A stretch of 64,000 nt of DNA from Thermoanaerobaculia bacterium (lineage in GTDB: Bacteria > Acidobacteriota > Thermoanaerobaculia > Multivoradales > Multivoraceae). Below are positions 29,305 to 38,919 of the stretch, piece after piece. The notes under the pieces are model-generated. The model worked only from the letters and a program-made list of their open reading frames with translations, was not told the origin of the DNA and searched no databases. The DNA lies in NCBI GenBank assembly GCA_963666565.1, contig OY762911.1, forward strand, positions 4,064,001 through 4,128,000, given 5' to 3'. Made by a program: the position numbers and the translations under genes. How positions within the stretch are numbered: the first letter of the stretch is position 1; the number at the start of each line of letters is the position of its first letter.

Positions 29305-29982
29305 GTGTCGCATGAACTTCCCAACAGAGACTTCCCGTGCTACTCCGTGGCCGACGCCGCTGCCATGGTCGGGATGCCAGCCCAGACTCTCCGGCGCTGG
29401 ATGCGCTCCGAGGAGCCGCTGATAACGCCCGCAGCTCCCGCCGAGACGGTCTGTCTGTCCTTCGCGAACCTCGTCGAAGCCCACGCTGTCGCGACTTTGC
29501 GCAGGAGGTTTCGTCTACCGCTGCAGCGCCTGCGTACGGGTGTCGCCTACTGCCGCGACCACGGCATAGACCGCCCCTTCCTTCAGGAAGACCTGCGAGC
29601 CGTGTCCATGAACGTCTACCTCGACAGAGACGGCCACATGGTCAACCTTGGCAGCTACGGCCAGTTGGGTATGAGGCCGGTCCTGGAAGACCACCTCGCA
29701 CGCGTCGTGTTCCGCCAGGGGAGCCCTCTGCGGTTCTTCCCGCTGACTCGCCCCGAAAAGTCGCCCCGCTTCGTGGCGGTCGATCCCGAGAGGTCCTTCG
29801 GCCGTCCGACGACCGCCGAGGGCTTCATCAGCACGTCCGTCATCTATTCTCGATTCTCGGCCGGCGAGTCGGTGATATCACTCGCTTCCGACTACGACAT
29901 CAGGGCACCATATGTCGAGGAGGCGATCCGCTACGAGGGTGTCCACGCCTGGACCCTCAAGCGAGACAGAGTTGCTGCGTGA
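29305..29982 (+). CDS. HTH + DUF433 antitoxin (VapB45-like)
   Basis: YSVADAA.MVGMPAQTLRRW, LSFANLVEAH, VDPERSFGRP, AGESV..LA.DY.I....VEEAIRY; start approximate. Confidence 0.8.
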   Translation: MSHELPNRDFPCYSVADAAAMVGMPAQTLRRWMRSEEPLITPAAPAETVCLSFANLVEAHAVATLRRRFRLPLQRLRTGVAYCRDHGIDRPFLQEDLRAVSMNVYLDRDGHMVNLGSYGQLGMRPVLEDHLARVVFRQGSPLRFFPLTRPEKSPRFVAVDPERSFGRPTTAEGFISTSVIYSRFSAGESVISLASDYDIRAPYVEEAIRYEGVHAWTLKRDRVAA

Positions 29983-30505
29983 CGACGAAGATCTCGAGTT
30001 CTTTGCCGACCGGGATCTCGGGAAAGCGTTCGTCGAGAGGATTCGCGCCGAGCGCATCTGCAGGATCACCGGCTATTCGGAGCGTTTCGGCGAAACCAAC
30101 GCGGACGACGACCACTGGATAGCTGAGATCGCCGATCACGGCATGGTCGCACTGTCCCACGACTCAGCGATAAGGCGTAGCCCGCTTGCGCGTCGCGCTG
30201 TCTACGTGCACAGATGCCGACTGTTCATTCTCCGAGGTCAAGTTTCGACGACCGTCCTGGCCGAGTTCTTCCTTTGCGCCTTCGACAAGGTCGTGCGGTT
30301 CGCATCCGAACGACAGCCGCCATTCATCGCGGTTATCGTCAGAAGACAGAGACTCGGGAAGACAGTCGTGAACGTCGAGATGGCCAAGAGCGCCGAACAA
30401 CTGTCAGAGGAGTTCGGTAGCGAGGGAGGTCCCGCTCCGGTGACCGACGTCAACTACCCCCAAACACTCCAATCTGGTAGAGCAGACCGATCAACTGCAA
30501 GATGA
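29972..30505 (+). CDS. PIN-like toxin (VapC45-like)
   Basis: FFADRDLG...DD.WI...G..ALSHD..IRR; overlaps the antitoxin end; start approximate. Confidence 0.78.
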   Translation: MLRDDEDLEFFADRDLGKAFVERIRAERICRITGYSERFGETNADDDHWIAEIADHGMVALSHDSAIRRSPLARRAVYVHRCRLFILRGQVSTTVLAEFFLCAFDKVVRFASERQPPFIAVIVRRQRLGKTVVNVEMAKSAEQLSEEFGSEGGPAPVTDVNYPQTLQSGRADRSTAR

Positions 30506-30944
30506 CGCCGACTACCAGCGCGACCACAGCAATCGTCAGACTCTTGAGAGCGACCCTGAGCCTTTGGGAGTTCTGAGCGGTAGAACGAAGACTATGGAGC
30601 TGCGACCGTCCGGCGTGGGTGAGCGCGTACTTGCTTTCGCCTTTCTCGACCACCAGACCGTCCGCGATCAACTCCTGAAGACTTTGCGACCAGTCCTCCA
30701 TGTCTACCTCTCCCCCGTCCCAGTCCACGCCATCACGAAGATCGTAGACGAAGCGACGCTCCTCCAAGACGGCTTCGAGCCGCGCCCATAGTGCCTTGCC
30801 GTAACACTCCACTTGCTCCAGGAGAAATCGGTCAGTCGCGGCATCGGCCCAGACATGCCGGAAACCGGGATCGCGAATCAGATTCGTCCGTGATCGCTTC
30901 CTCCAGATCCGACGCCTCCACCGAACCTGAATCCTGCGCCACAT
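30450..30944 (-). CDS. hypothetical protein (winged-helix-like segment, C-terminal TM)
   Basis: LQELIADGLVVEKGESKYALTHAG followed by a hydrophobic C-terminus; lower GC. Confidence 0.4.
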   Translation of the reverse strand: MWRRIQVRWRRRIWRKRSRTNLIRDPGFRHVWADAATDRFLLEQVECYGKALWARLEAVLEERRFVYDLRDGVDWDGGEVDMEDWSQSLQELIADGLVVEKGESKYALTHAGRSQLHSLRSTAQNSQRLRVALKSLTIAVVALVVGVILQLIGLLYQIGVFGGS

Positions 30945-31557
30945 TGATTTTCTCCTTCGTCGAATCGATGCGACTTGTTGTGAAGAGCGCTGTGCAATCT
31001 GCTGTGGAGCGCGCTGCCACTTCGGTTTCCCGGCACGCGCAAGGGAGGACGCTCCGGTGCCATCGCTCCCAGAGTATGCCACCGCTTCCTCCCGACCGCC
31101 GGACTGTGCTCTCTCCGGGCGGCTACGGACTCCCGCCGTCTCGGGCCGAGAGCCCTCCGGCAGGTTCACTCCCTGAGCAGAAGGTCTCGGCTTCGCGCGC
31201 TACCTGGTCGGTCTGGCGGTCTGACTTCGGTGGATCAGGGACGCTGGCCGTCGGCAGAACGGGGGAACGGCAGAGTGCTCCACGTGCTTCCTCGGGTCTT
31301 GGGCCGAGGATGCGGCTTGTCCGAGGTCGTGCCCCTGACGACAGAACGACGGGTTCGACAATCTTCCGGGCTGAGCAGGCGGTCTCGACGGCGCAACCGC
31401 TCGCGCCGCACGTCCGTCGTCGTGCGGTTCTGATTCCAGTTCCTGCGGGAGCGCGGGACGGTGTGTCATGATTCTTCCCACATGACGACAACTTGTTCGG
31501 TGAAGACTGGGCCGCGCGGGAAGCGGTACGCTCGTGGCGTCTGACGCGCCGAGTCCA

Positions 31558-32943
31558 ATGTCCTCAACCACCAAAGGCGAGCCGCGGAGCGATCCCTACA
31601 CCGTCCGCGAGGGCGGCGCGGTCGAGCCGCCTTCCAACTGGCGCGCACGCCTCCGCTACCTCGGGCCGAGCGTCGTCATCTCGGGATCGATCGTCGGCTC
31701 GGGCGAGATCATCCTCACCTCGGGCCTCGGCGCCGCCGCGGGCTTCGTCATGCTGTGGTGGGTGCTCCTCTCGTGCTGGATCAAGTCGCTCATCCAGGCC
31801 GAGCTGGGCCGCTACATTCTGGTCTCGGGCGACACCTACGTCCGCGCAATGAACCGGCTGCCGGGCAAGATCGCGCTCGGCCGGGGGCGCATCAGCCTCC
31901 CGGTCCTCATCGCCCTGATCGCGATCGTCCCGGGGATCATGGGGCTCGGCGGGATCATCGGCGGCGCCGGCCAGGCGCTCACGCTGCTCTATCCGAGCCT
32001 CCATTCGACCTGGGCCGCCGGACTGATCGCCGCGGTCGTCATCGCGCTGCTGATCACGGGCTCCTACAAGATCCTGGAGAACGTGATGCTGGCCCTCGTG
32101 ATGACCTTCACCGCGGCCACCCTGGTGTGCGCCTTCCTGATGCAGAACACCCAGTACGCGGTCAGCGGCGCCGACCTGATGTCCGGCTTCACGTTCAGCT
32201 TCCCGCCCGAGTATCTGGTGGCGGCGATCGCGGTGTACGGCTACACCGGCGTCAATGCCTCGGAGACCTCGGCCTACCAGTACTGGTGCGTCGAGAAGGG
32301 GTACCCGAACTTCATCGGCAGGAGCGACGCACCGGGCTGGGAGGCCCGCGCCCGCGGCTGGATCAAGGTGCTCCAGGCCGACGTCTGGGTCACGCTGATC
32401 ATCCTGACCTGCGCGACCCTGCCGTTCTACATCCTGGGCGCCGGCGTCCTGCGCGCCCGCGGCAGCGTCCCCGACGGTCTCGAGACGCTTTCCGTGCTGT
32501 CCGAGATGTTCACGGAGACGCTCGGCGGGTGGTCCGTATGGCTGTTCGGCATCGGCGCCTTCTGCATCCTGTTCTCGACGATGCTCTCCTCGGTGGCCGG
32601 CGCCGCCCGCTACATCCCGGACTACATCATGGAGCTGGGCTACCTGAACCGGCAGAACCTGGTCGCCCGCAGGTCCTGGATCCGCGGCTACTGCGCGACC
32701 ATCCCGGTCGTCTCGTTCGCGATCTACCTGTCGATCCAGAATCCGCGGCTGCTGGTGACGATCGGCGCCCTGACCCTCGCCATGCTGCTGCCGATCCAGA
32801 GCGGCGCGGTGCTCTGGTTCCAGAAGAACCGGATGGATCCGAGGATTCGCCCCGGCAGGTGGATCCGCCTGGCGATCTGGGTCATCCTGTCGATCGAACT
32901 GGTGATGGCCTGGTTCGTGATCCGCTATGTCGTCTTCGGTTGA
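31558..32943 (+). CDS. Nramp/APC-superfamily secondary transporter
   Basis: EPP......LRYLGP..V.SGSIVGSGE, Y.YWCVEKGY, about 11 TMs. Confidence 0.85.
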   Translation: MSSTTKGEPRSDPYTVREGGAVEPPSNWRARLRYLGPSVVISGSIVGSGEIILTSGLGAAAGFVMLWWVLLSCWIKSLIQAELGRYILVSGDTYVRAMNRLPGKIALGRGRISLPVLIALIAIVPGIMGLGGIIGGAGQALTLLYPSLHSTWAAGLIAAVVIALLITGSYKILENVMLALVMTFTAATLVCAFLMQNTQYAVSGADLMSGFTFSFPPEYLVAAIAVYGYTGVNASETSAYQYWCVEKGYPNFIGRSDAPGWEARARGWIKVLQADVWVTLIILTCATLPFYILGAGVLRARGSVPDGLETLSVLSEMFTETLGGWSVWLFGIGAFCILFSTMLSSVAGAARYIPDYIMELGYLNRQNLVARRSWIRGYCATIPVVSFAIYLSIQNPRLLVTIGALTLAMLLPIQSGAVLWFQKNRMDPRIRPGRWIRLAIWVILSIELVMAWFVIRYVVFG

Positions 32944-33019
32944 TCTGGTTTCGCGCCAGGACGGAGGTCGACAGGATGCCCGCGATACCGGCTCAACGCC
33001 GTTGCAGAGGAGTTCGACG

Positions 33020-34672
33020 ATGAAACGACGACCCGTTCCGACGCACCGCCCGGCATGCTGGCTCCCCGCCGTTGCCCTCGTCCTGAGTGCCTGCGGTGCG
33101 CCGCCGCCGGAAGCGACGCCCGAACCCGCCGTCCACGCCATCGGCGAGAGCGCCAGCTTCCGCGGCATCAACGGCATCCTGTTCGGGCCCGACGGCGACC
33201 TCTACCTGACTTCGGTCGTGACTCCGGCCGTGGCGCGGATCGACCCGGAAAGCGGCGAGATCCTCGACAACTGGGGGCTTGACGACGGCGCCCAGTCGCC
33301 CGACGACCTGGCCTTCGGGCCGGACGGCTCGGTGTACTGGACCGACATCAGCAACGGCGACGTCAGCATGCGGACGCCGGAGGGCGAGACGCGCGTCGTC
33401 GCCTCGCCGGGCGTCGGCGTCAACCCGATCACCTTCTCGGACGACGGACGGCTGTTCGTCTCCCAGTGCTTCATGGACACGAACCTGTTCGAGCTCGACC
33501 CTGCCGGGGAGGCCGAGCCCCGCGTCATTCGAGACGATCTCGGGCCTGGCTGCGGCCTGAACGGCATGGACTGGGGGTCGGCCGACGGCCGGCTCTACGG
33601 CCCGCGCTGGTTCCGCGGCGAGGTCGTGCGCGTCGACGTGGACAGCGGCGAGATGGAGACGGTGGCCAGCGGCTTCGAGGTGCCGGCGGCCGTCAAGTTC
33701 AACGGCGAGGGCGTGCTCCACGTGCTCGACTCGCTGCGGGGCGAGGTCGTCCGCGTGGGCGAGGACGGCGGCAAGGAGGTCGTGGCCCGCGTTCAGCCCG
33801 GGCTCGACAACTTCGCCTTCGACGCGGACGACCGGCTCTTCATCTCGAGCTTCGCCGACGGCTTCATCGTCGAGGCGCTATCGCCGGACGAGAACCGGGT
33901 CGTGCTCGCGGGCGGACTGAACATGCCCGGCGGCCTGGCGCTCATCGGCGGCGACGATGGCGCCCGGTTGGTCGTCGCGGACTTCTTCGCCCTGCGGCAA
34001 CTCGACCCGGCGACCGGCGAGGAACTCGACGTGGTGCGCGACGTGATCGGCTTCTCCGACATCGGCACCTCGATGTCGGTCCACGCCGCGGACAACGGTC
34101 TCCTGGTGCTTTCGAGCTGGTTCGACAACGCCGTGCGGCTCTGGGATCCGGCGGCCGACGCGCTCGTCCAGATCTTCGGCGAACTGGCCGCCCCGATCGA
34201 CGCGATCCAGCACGAAGGCGACATCGTCGCCAGCCAGTGGGGCGCCGGCAACGTGATCGCGTTCTCTCCCGAGAATCCGGACGAGAAGCGGGTGCTGGCC
34301 GAAGGGCTGGAAGGTGCCGCCGGCCTCACCGCGGCGAACGGCGCGCTCTACGTCTCCGACAACCTGGCCGGCGCCGTGCTCCGCATTGGCGACGACGGCG
34401 CCGAGACGGTCGCCGAGGGCCTCGACCAGCCGGAAGGGCTCGCCGCGGCCAACGGCTCGATCTACGTCGTCGAAGCCGGCGCCGGCCGCGTGGTGGCCGT
34501 GGATCCGTCAAGCGGCGAGACGCGGGTCGTCGCCGAAGACCTCGACCTGCACGTCCCGCCCAGCGGCGCCTTCCCGAACACCATGCTCTTCAACGGCATC
34601 GCCACCGACGGCCTGACCGCCTGGGTCGCCGGCGACGCCGCGAACACCGTCTACGTCATCGACCTGAACTAG
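33020..34672 (+). CDS. SMP-30/gluconolactonase/NHL-like double beta-propeller lipoprotein
   Basis: Lipobox LSAC; repeated NGI.FGPDG, PDDLAFGPDG, LNGMD, P.GLA motifs; GAGGAG SD. Confidence 0.8.
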   Translation: MKRRPVPTHRPACWLPAVALVLSACGAPPPEATPEPAVHAIGESASFRGINGILFGPDGDLYLTSVVTPAVARIDPESGEILDNWGLDDGAQSPDDLAFGPDGSVYWTDISNGDVSMRTPEGETRVVASPGVGVNPITFSDDGRLFVSQCFMDTNLFELDPAGEAEPRVIRDDLGPGCGLNGMDWGSADGRLYGPRWFRGEVVRVDVDSGEMETVASGFEVPAAVKFNGEGVLHVLDSLRGEVVRVGEDGGKEVVARVQPGLDNFAFDADDRLFISSFADGFIVEALSPDENRVVLAGGLNMPGGLALIGGDDGARLVVADFFALRQLDPATGEELDVVRDVIGFSDIGTSMSVHAADNGLLVLSSWFDNAVRLWDPAADALVQIFGELAAPIDAIQHEGDIVASQWGAGNVIAFSPENPDEKRVLAEGLEGAAGLTAANGALYVSDNLAGAVLRIGDDGAETVAEGLDQPEGLAAANGSIYVVEAGAGRVVAVDPSSGETRVVAEDLDLHVPPSGAFPNTMLFNGIATDGLTAWVAGDAANTVYVIDLN

Positions 34673-34675
34673 GCC

Positions 34676-34814
34676 GGGTGCGCGGGTCTTCCGACCCGCA
34701 TCGGGCGGCGCCGCGAAGCGGCGGAGCCCGGAGACCAAGGCCGCCGGCCATGGGCCGGCGACGAAGCTGGACGCCGCCTTCGCCGGCAGCGGGTCGGAAG
34801 ACCCGCGCACCCAG
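34676..34814. repeat. composite inverted REP pair
   Basis: GGGTGCGCGGGTCTTCCGACCCGC...GCGGGTCGGAAGACCCGCGCACCCAG between convergent genes. Confidence 0.82.
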
Positions 34815-34837
34815 TGCGCACCAGCGCCAACCGGGCC

Positions 34838-35347
34838 TCAGTCGCCCAGCCCTTGGTCGCCGTACGTCGTGGCCGGCCCGGTCCCGTCCGGCCCCAGCCG
34901 GCCGCCCTCGCCGAAGTGCCCCTTGCCCGGCACATGGTTCACCTCGACCCGGATGCCATCCGGGTCCTCCACCAGGATCGAGTAGTACCCCGGCGCGAAC
35001 CGGTCGCCCTCCTCCGGCCCATGAACCACCGTGGCGTCCAGTTCGGACACCAGGAACCCGTAGATCGCCTCCACGTCGGCGCGGCTGCGCGCCCGGAAGC
35101 AGAAGTGATGCAGCCCCGGCCGGTCCTGGTCGAACCGGCGGTCCCGCTTCTCCGGCGGCGCCGCCCGCACCAGGATGCCGGTTCGGCTGCCGATGCAGTA
35201 CAGCACGTCTTCGCCCCGGATCAGGGTTTTCATCTCCAGGAAGTTGCACAGCCGCTCCCAGAACGGCAGGCACCGTTCCGGGTCCCGGACCGTCAACTGG
35301 ATGTGCGCGATCCCGTTGACCCCGACGGTGTTGCCGACGCCGGTCAT
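34838..35347 (-). CDS. VOC/glyoxalase-family protein
   Basis: IAHIQLTV.D, GLHHFCF, GYYSILVEDPDGIRVEVNH. Confidence 0.9.
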   Translation of the reverse strand: MTGVGNTVGVNGIAHIQLTVRDPERCLPFWERLCNFLEMKTLIRGEDVLYCIGSRTGILVRAAPPEKRDRRFDQDRPGLHHFCFRARSRADVEAIYGFLVSELDATVVHGPEEGDRFAPGYYSILVEDPDGIRVEVNHVPGKGHFGEGGRLGPDGTGPATTYGDQGLGD

Positions 35348-35416
35348 TCAACATCCACCGTGGCCGATTCCGCGACGGCGGCCTCCCACTTGTCCCCCGC
35401 CACCACCCCTCTCGTT

Positions 35417-35564
35417 GATTCGGAAAACGCTGTCTGCCGAATCCTCGTGGACCCAGCGATTCCGCAGACGCTGTCTGCGGAATTCGTCCGAACGCAGTTG
35501 ACGTCCCTGGGCACACCCCGCCGACGCGCCGAGCCAGAGAATTCCGCGACACCGTCGCGGATTT
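35417..35564. repeat. three related palindromes upstream of the VOC gene
   Basis: GATTCGGAAAACGCTGTCTGCCGAATC; ATTCCGCAGACGCTGTCTGCGGAAT; AATTCCGCGACACCGTCGCGGATTT. Confidence 0.6.
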
Positions 35565-35576
35565 CGGCGGCGCCGT

Positions 35577-36908
35577 TCACTCGCCGCCGGTCGGCGGCGA
35601 CTCCGACGCCTCTCCCGGACCGAGTTCGATCAGCTCGAAGATCCCGACCATCATCTCGTCCGTCGACTGAAAGCCGAAGCCGACGTCGCGGGTCGGGTCC
35701 GGGTTCCCGGGGTTCGCGGCCGAGTTGTCGTAGTGCGCCACGACCTCGACCACGGTCCCCGCCGGCAGCACGCTGGGCGCTTCCGGGTAGTAGAAGAGCT
35801 GCCAGTCGAAGTCGTACTCCGGCACGTCGAGAAGGACCTCGCGGCCGCCGTCCGGGTGGAGGGCGGTGAACGACATCGACGTGCCGCGCATGTGCATGTG
35901 CGGGAAGTAGGACACGATCCGCGAGTCCGCGCCGAGTTCGTGGCGGGCCACGATCCGGTGGTTCGGGGCGCCCGCCGGGATGGTGAAGTCCATCCTGCTG
36001 GCGAGGATCGCCTCCACCTCGACCTCCAGCGGGCCCTCGCCGAAGTAGAGGCCGATCCGGGTCGTGTCGGTCCGTTCCGATTCACCGTTCGGGTGGTAAT
36101 GCTGGTTGATCACCAGCATGTCGCCGGGGTTCACCCAGCGCCCGGCGCCGTCCGGGAAGACGGTGGGCGCGGCCCCCACCGCCCAGATCCCGAGGATTCT
36201 CAGACCGACGCCGCCGGCGTTCCCGCCCGGCTGGCCTCCGCCCTGCCGCTCTTGCCCGGCGCCGCCGCCCAGGCTGCCGAATCCGCCCATGAAGGCGACC
36301 TGATGATGGTTCACCGTGCGGTCGCCGGGCTGGAACTCCACCGCCCGCAGCCAGCGGCGCTCCGGGATGTCCAGGCGCACGATCGGATTGGGCGCCATGT
36401 CCGGCCCGGTCGCCGGCACGGTCACGGGGGGCAGTTCGATCACGTAGTCCGGCTCGCCCACCTGCCAGCCGTTCCTGAAGCGTGGCGGCTCGGGCATGAG
36501 CGCCGGATCGCCGGCCTCGGCGCCGCCATCGACCCAGGCGACGATCGTCTCGATCTCCTCACGGCTCAGCCGGGCGTCGTTCGCCCAGGCGCCGTGCTCG
36601 GGATTCGCGAACCACGGCGGCATCTCCCCGCTGGCGACCACGCGCCGGATCGAGCGCGCCCAGGGCCGCGCCTCCTGGTACGTGAGCAGCGACATCGGCG
36701 CGACCTCGCCCGGCCGGTGGCAGCCGACGCAGTGGCGCATGAGGATCGGCGCCACGTCGCGGCTGAAGACCGGCGCGCCGGCGTCGCCGTCTTCGGCAGC
36801 GGCGGCGGGCAGGCCGAGGCCCGCCGCGGAACAGGACACCGCCAGAGCCGTCGCCGCAATCCGGGCGACTCGGCGGCGACGCGGAACGGTCGGAAACGAG
36901 CGCATCAT
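35577..36908 (-). CDS. cytochrome c + PHM-like copper monooxygenase (paralog 2)
   Basis: PVFSRDVAPIL..HCVGCH, MPPW, NHH, QHYH, PHMHMRG, YDFDWQ, DEMM. Confidence 0.8.
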   Translation of the reverse strand: MMRSFPTVPRRRRVARIAATALAVSCSAAGLGLPAAAAEDGDAGAPVFSRDVAPILMRHCVGCHRPGEVAPMSLLTYQEARPWARSIRRVVASGEMPPWFANPEHGAWANDARLSREEIETIVAWVDGGAEAGDPALMPEPPRFRNGWQVGEPDYVIELPPVTVPATGPDMAPNPIVRLDIPERRWLRAVEFQPGDRTVNHHQVAFMGGFGSLGGGAGQERQGGGQPGGNAGGVGLRILGIWAVGAAPTVFPDGAGRWVNPGDMLVINQHYHPNGESERTDTTRIGLYFGEGPLEVEVEAILASRMDFTIPAGAPNHRIVARHELGADSRIVSYFPHMHMRGTSMSFTALHPDGGREVLLDVPEYDFDWQLFYYPEAPSVLPAGTVVEVVAHYDNSAANPGNPDPTRDVGFGFQSTDEMMVGIFELIELGPGEASESPPTGGE

Positions 36909-37016
36909 GGGAGCCCCTCCTGACCCTCCGAGACTACTCCATGCCCGACTGACCGAACCCGCCCGAGCGGAGCCGGTCTGCAGGCCGGCACGCACTCCTG
37001 GCCGCCTTCGGCGGCA

Positions 37017-37154
37017 GCGGGTCGGAAGACCCGCGCACCGACACTCCCGCCCGGGCGGAGTCGGCCTGACGGCCGGCACGTACTCCTGGCCGCCTGCGGC
37101 GGCAGCGGGTCGGAAGACCCGCGCACCCAGCGGCGGGTCGGAGGACCCCGCACC
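37017..37154 (+). repeat. three REP-like copies in direct orientation
   Basis: Units at 37017, 37105 and 37133 (degenerate). Confidence 0.8.
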
Positions 37155-37248
37155 GACAGAGCCGTTCCTGCGACAGCGCTGCGAACGCTGCTAGAGTCCG
37201 CGTTCGCGAGAGATCCAGCATTCCCAAACCTCAGGAGACCCAGCGACC

Positions 37249-37857
37249 ATGTACCGACAGACCGCCTGCCGCGTTCTCATCCTCAGTTTCTGCCTCGCCG
37301 CGATCGGCTTTGCGCCCGCCGCCGCCCAGGGCGACCGGCCCGCCAGCCCCGAAGGGTCCGCCTCGACCCAGATCGGCGACGCGTGGATCGACATCACCTA
37401 CAGCCGGCCCATCCTGCGCGGCCGGAACGGCGTCTTCGGTGCCGGCGAAGAGTACGGTCAGGCGGTTCTCGCCGGCGGCCCCGTCTGGCGCGCGGGCGCG
37501 AACGTGACGACCCGGATCAAGACCGAGGCCGACCTGGTCATCGGCGGCACGGCGGTGCCCGCGGGCGAGTACAGCTTCTTCATCGATCTGAAGGAGGGCG
37601 CCTGGACCGCCATCGTCTCCAGGCAGGGCTACATGGAGACCTTCGACCGCGAGAAGATGGCGGAAGGTCTCACCTGGGGCGCTTACGGCTACAACCCGGA
37701 GCACGACGTCGTACGGGCCGGCATGATGACCTCGACCGAGGACTTCTCGATGGACCAGATGACGATCGTGTTCAGCGACGTCTCGGACGCCGGCGGCGCG
37801 ATCGTCGTGATGTGGGACAACCAGATGGGCGTCCTGCCGTTCGGCGTCGCCCCGTAG
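37249..37857 (+). CDS. DUF2911-family secreted protein
   Basis: RPASP, I.ITYSRP..RGR, VWRAGANVTT, VPAGEYS, V.WD. Confidence 0.85.
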   Translation: MYRQTACRVLILSFCLAAIGFAPAAAQGDRPASPEGSASTQIGDAWIDITYSRPILRGRNGVFGAGEEYGQAVLAGGPVWRAGANVTTRIKTEADLVIGGTAVPAGEYSFFIDLKEGAWTAIVSRQGYMETFDREKMAEGLTWGAYGYNPEHDVVRAGMMTSTEDFSMDQMTIVFSDVSDAGGAIVVMWDNQMGVLPFGVAP

Positions 37858-37926
37858 CGCCAGCTCTCCGGCAACCTCAGTCCTCAGCGGACTGCCCGGG
37901 CCTCTTCGGCCCGGGCGCCGCGCAGC

Positions 37927-38886
37927 TCAGGCGTCGCACTCCCGGTAAGCGTCGATCACGGCCCGCTCGCCCTCCCGGCCCGGCTCCGAGTTCCCGTGCT
38001 CCATGCCGACGATGCCGTCGAAGCCCTTGCTCTTCAGGTGCCGGAAGACGTTCCGGTAGTTGATCTCGCCGGTCGTCGGCTCCTTGCGCCCCGGGTTGTC
38101 GCCGACCTGGAAGTAGGCGATCTCGTCCCAGGCCCGGTCGATGTTCGGAATCAGGTTCCCCTCGGTGATCTGCTGGTGGTAGAGGTCGTCCAGGATCTTG
38201 ACCGAGGGCGATCCGACCGCCTTGCAGATCTGGTACGCCTGCGGGATGCCGGTCAGGAACACGCCGGGGTGGTTCGTCCAGTGGTTGAGCGGCTCCAGCA
38301 CGGCGATCAGGCCGGCGGGTTCGAGGATCGCCGCGCCCCGCTTCAGGTTCTCGACGACGTTGGCGGTCTGGTACTCCCACTCGAGGCCCGGGTCGAGTTG
38401 GCCCGGGACGACGGTGCACCACGTCGCGTTCACTCTCTTCCCGATCTCGACCGCCTTCCTCATGTCGGCCTCGATCGCCTCGCGGGCCGAGGAGTCGGCG
38501 GACGCGAAACTCACGCCGCCCCAGGAGGTGTGGGCGACGAAGACGCCCATCTCCATGCCGAGCCGGTCGAGCTCGGCCGCGATCTTCTCCTGGAGCGCCG
38601 GCTCGCGGCCGCCCATGCCGTTGTCCTCGAGGGCCCGGAAGCCCTCGTCGTGCATGAAGCGGAGCTGGTCGATGTGATCGGCGCCAGCGTGGTGCCGGAA
38701 CATCCCGAAGTGGGGCGCGTACTTGAGTCCGAATGCGCCTCCGTCAGCAGGCTGGGCGGCCCGCGCCTCGGACGCCCCGGGAATCGCGCCTGCGGCAAGC
38801 GCCGTTGCCGCTGCGGCGCCTCCGGTGAGGAACTGTCGCCGCGGAATCCCGACCGCATCAGGTGAACCGACTGTTGAATCGCGCAT
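37927..38886 (-). CDS. Tat-exported hydroxypyruvate isomerase-like TIM-barrel protein
   Basis: RRQFL Tat motif, VLEPLN, ILDDLYHQQITEGNL, YFQVGDNPGRKEPTTGEINY, GMEH. Confidence 0.88.
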   Translation of the reverse strand: MRDSTVGSPDAVGIPRRQFLTGGAAAATALAAGAIPGASEARAAQPADGGAFGLKYAPHFGMFRHHAGADHIDQLRFMHDEGFRALEDNGMGGREPALQEKIAAELDRLGMEMGVFVAHTSWGGVSFASADSSAREAIEADMRKAVEIGKRVNATWCTVVPGQLDPGLEWEYQTANVVENLKRGAAILEPAGLIAVLEPLNHWTNHPGVFLTGIPQAYQICKAVGSPSVKILDDLYHQQITEGNLIPNIDRAWDEIAYFQVGDNPGRKEPTTGEINYRNVFRHLKSKGFDGIVGMEHGNSEPGREGERAVIDAYRECDA

Positions 38887-38919
38887 CGTGGCAGAGTAGC
38901 AGCCGCGAGCACGACCGAC

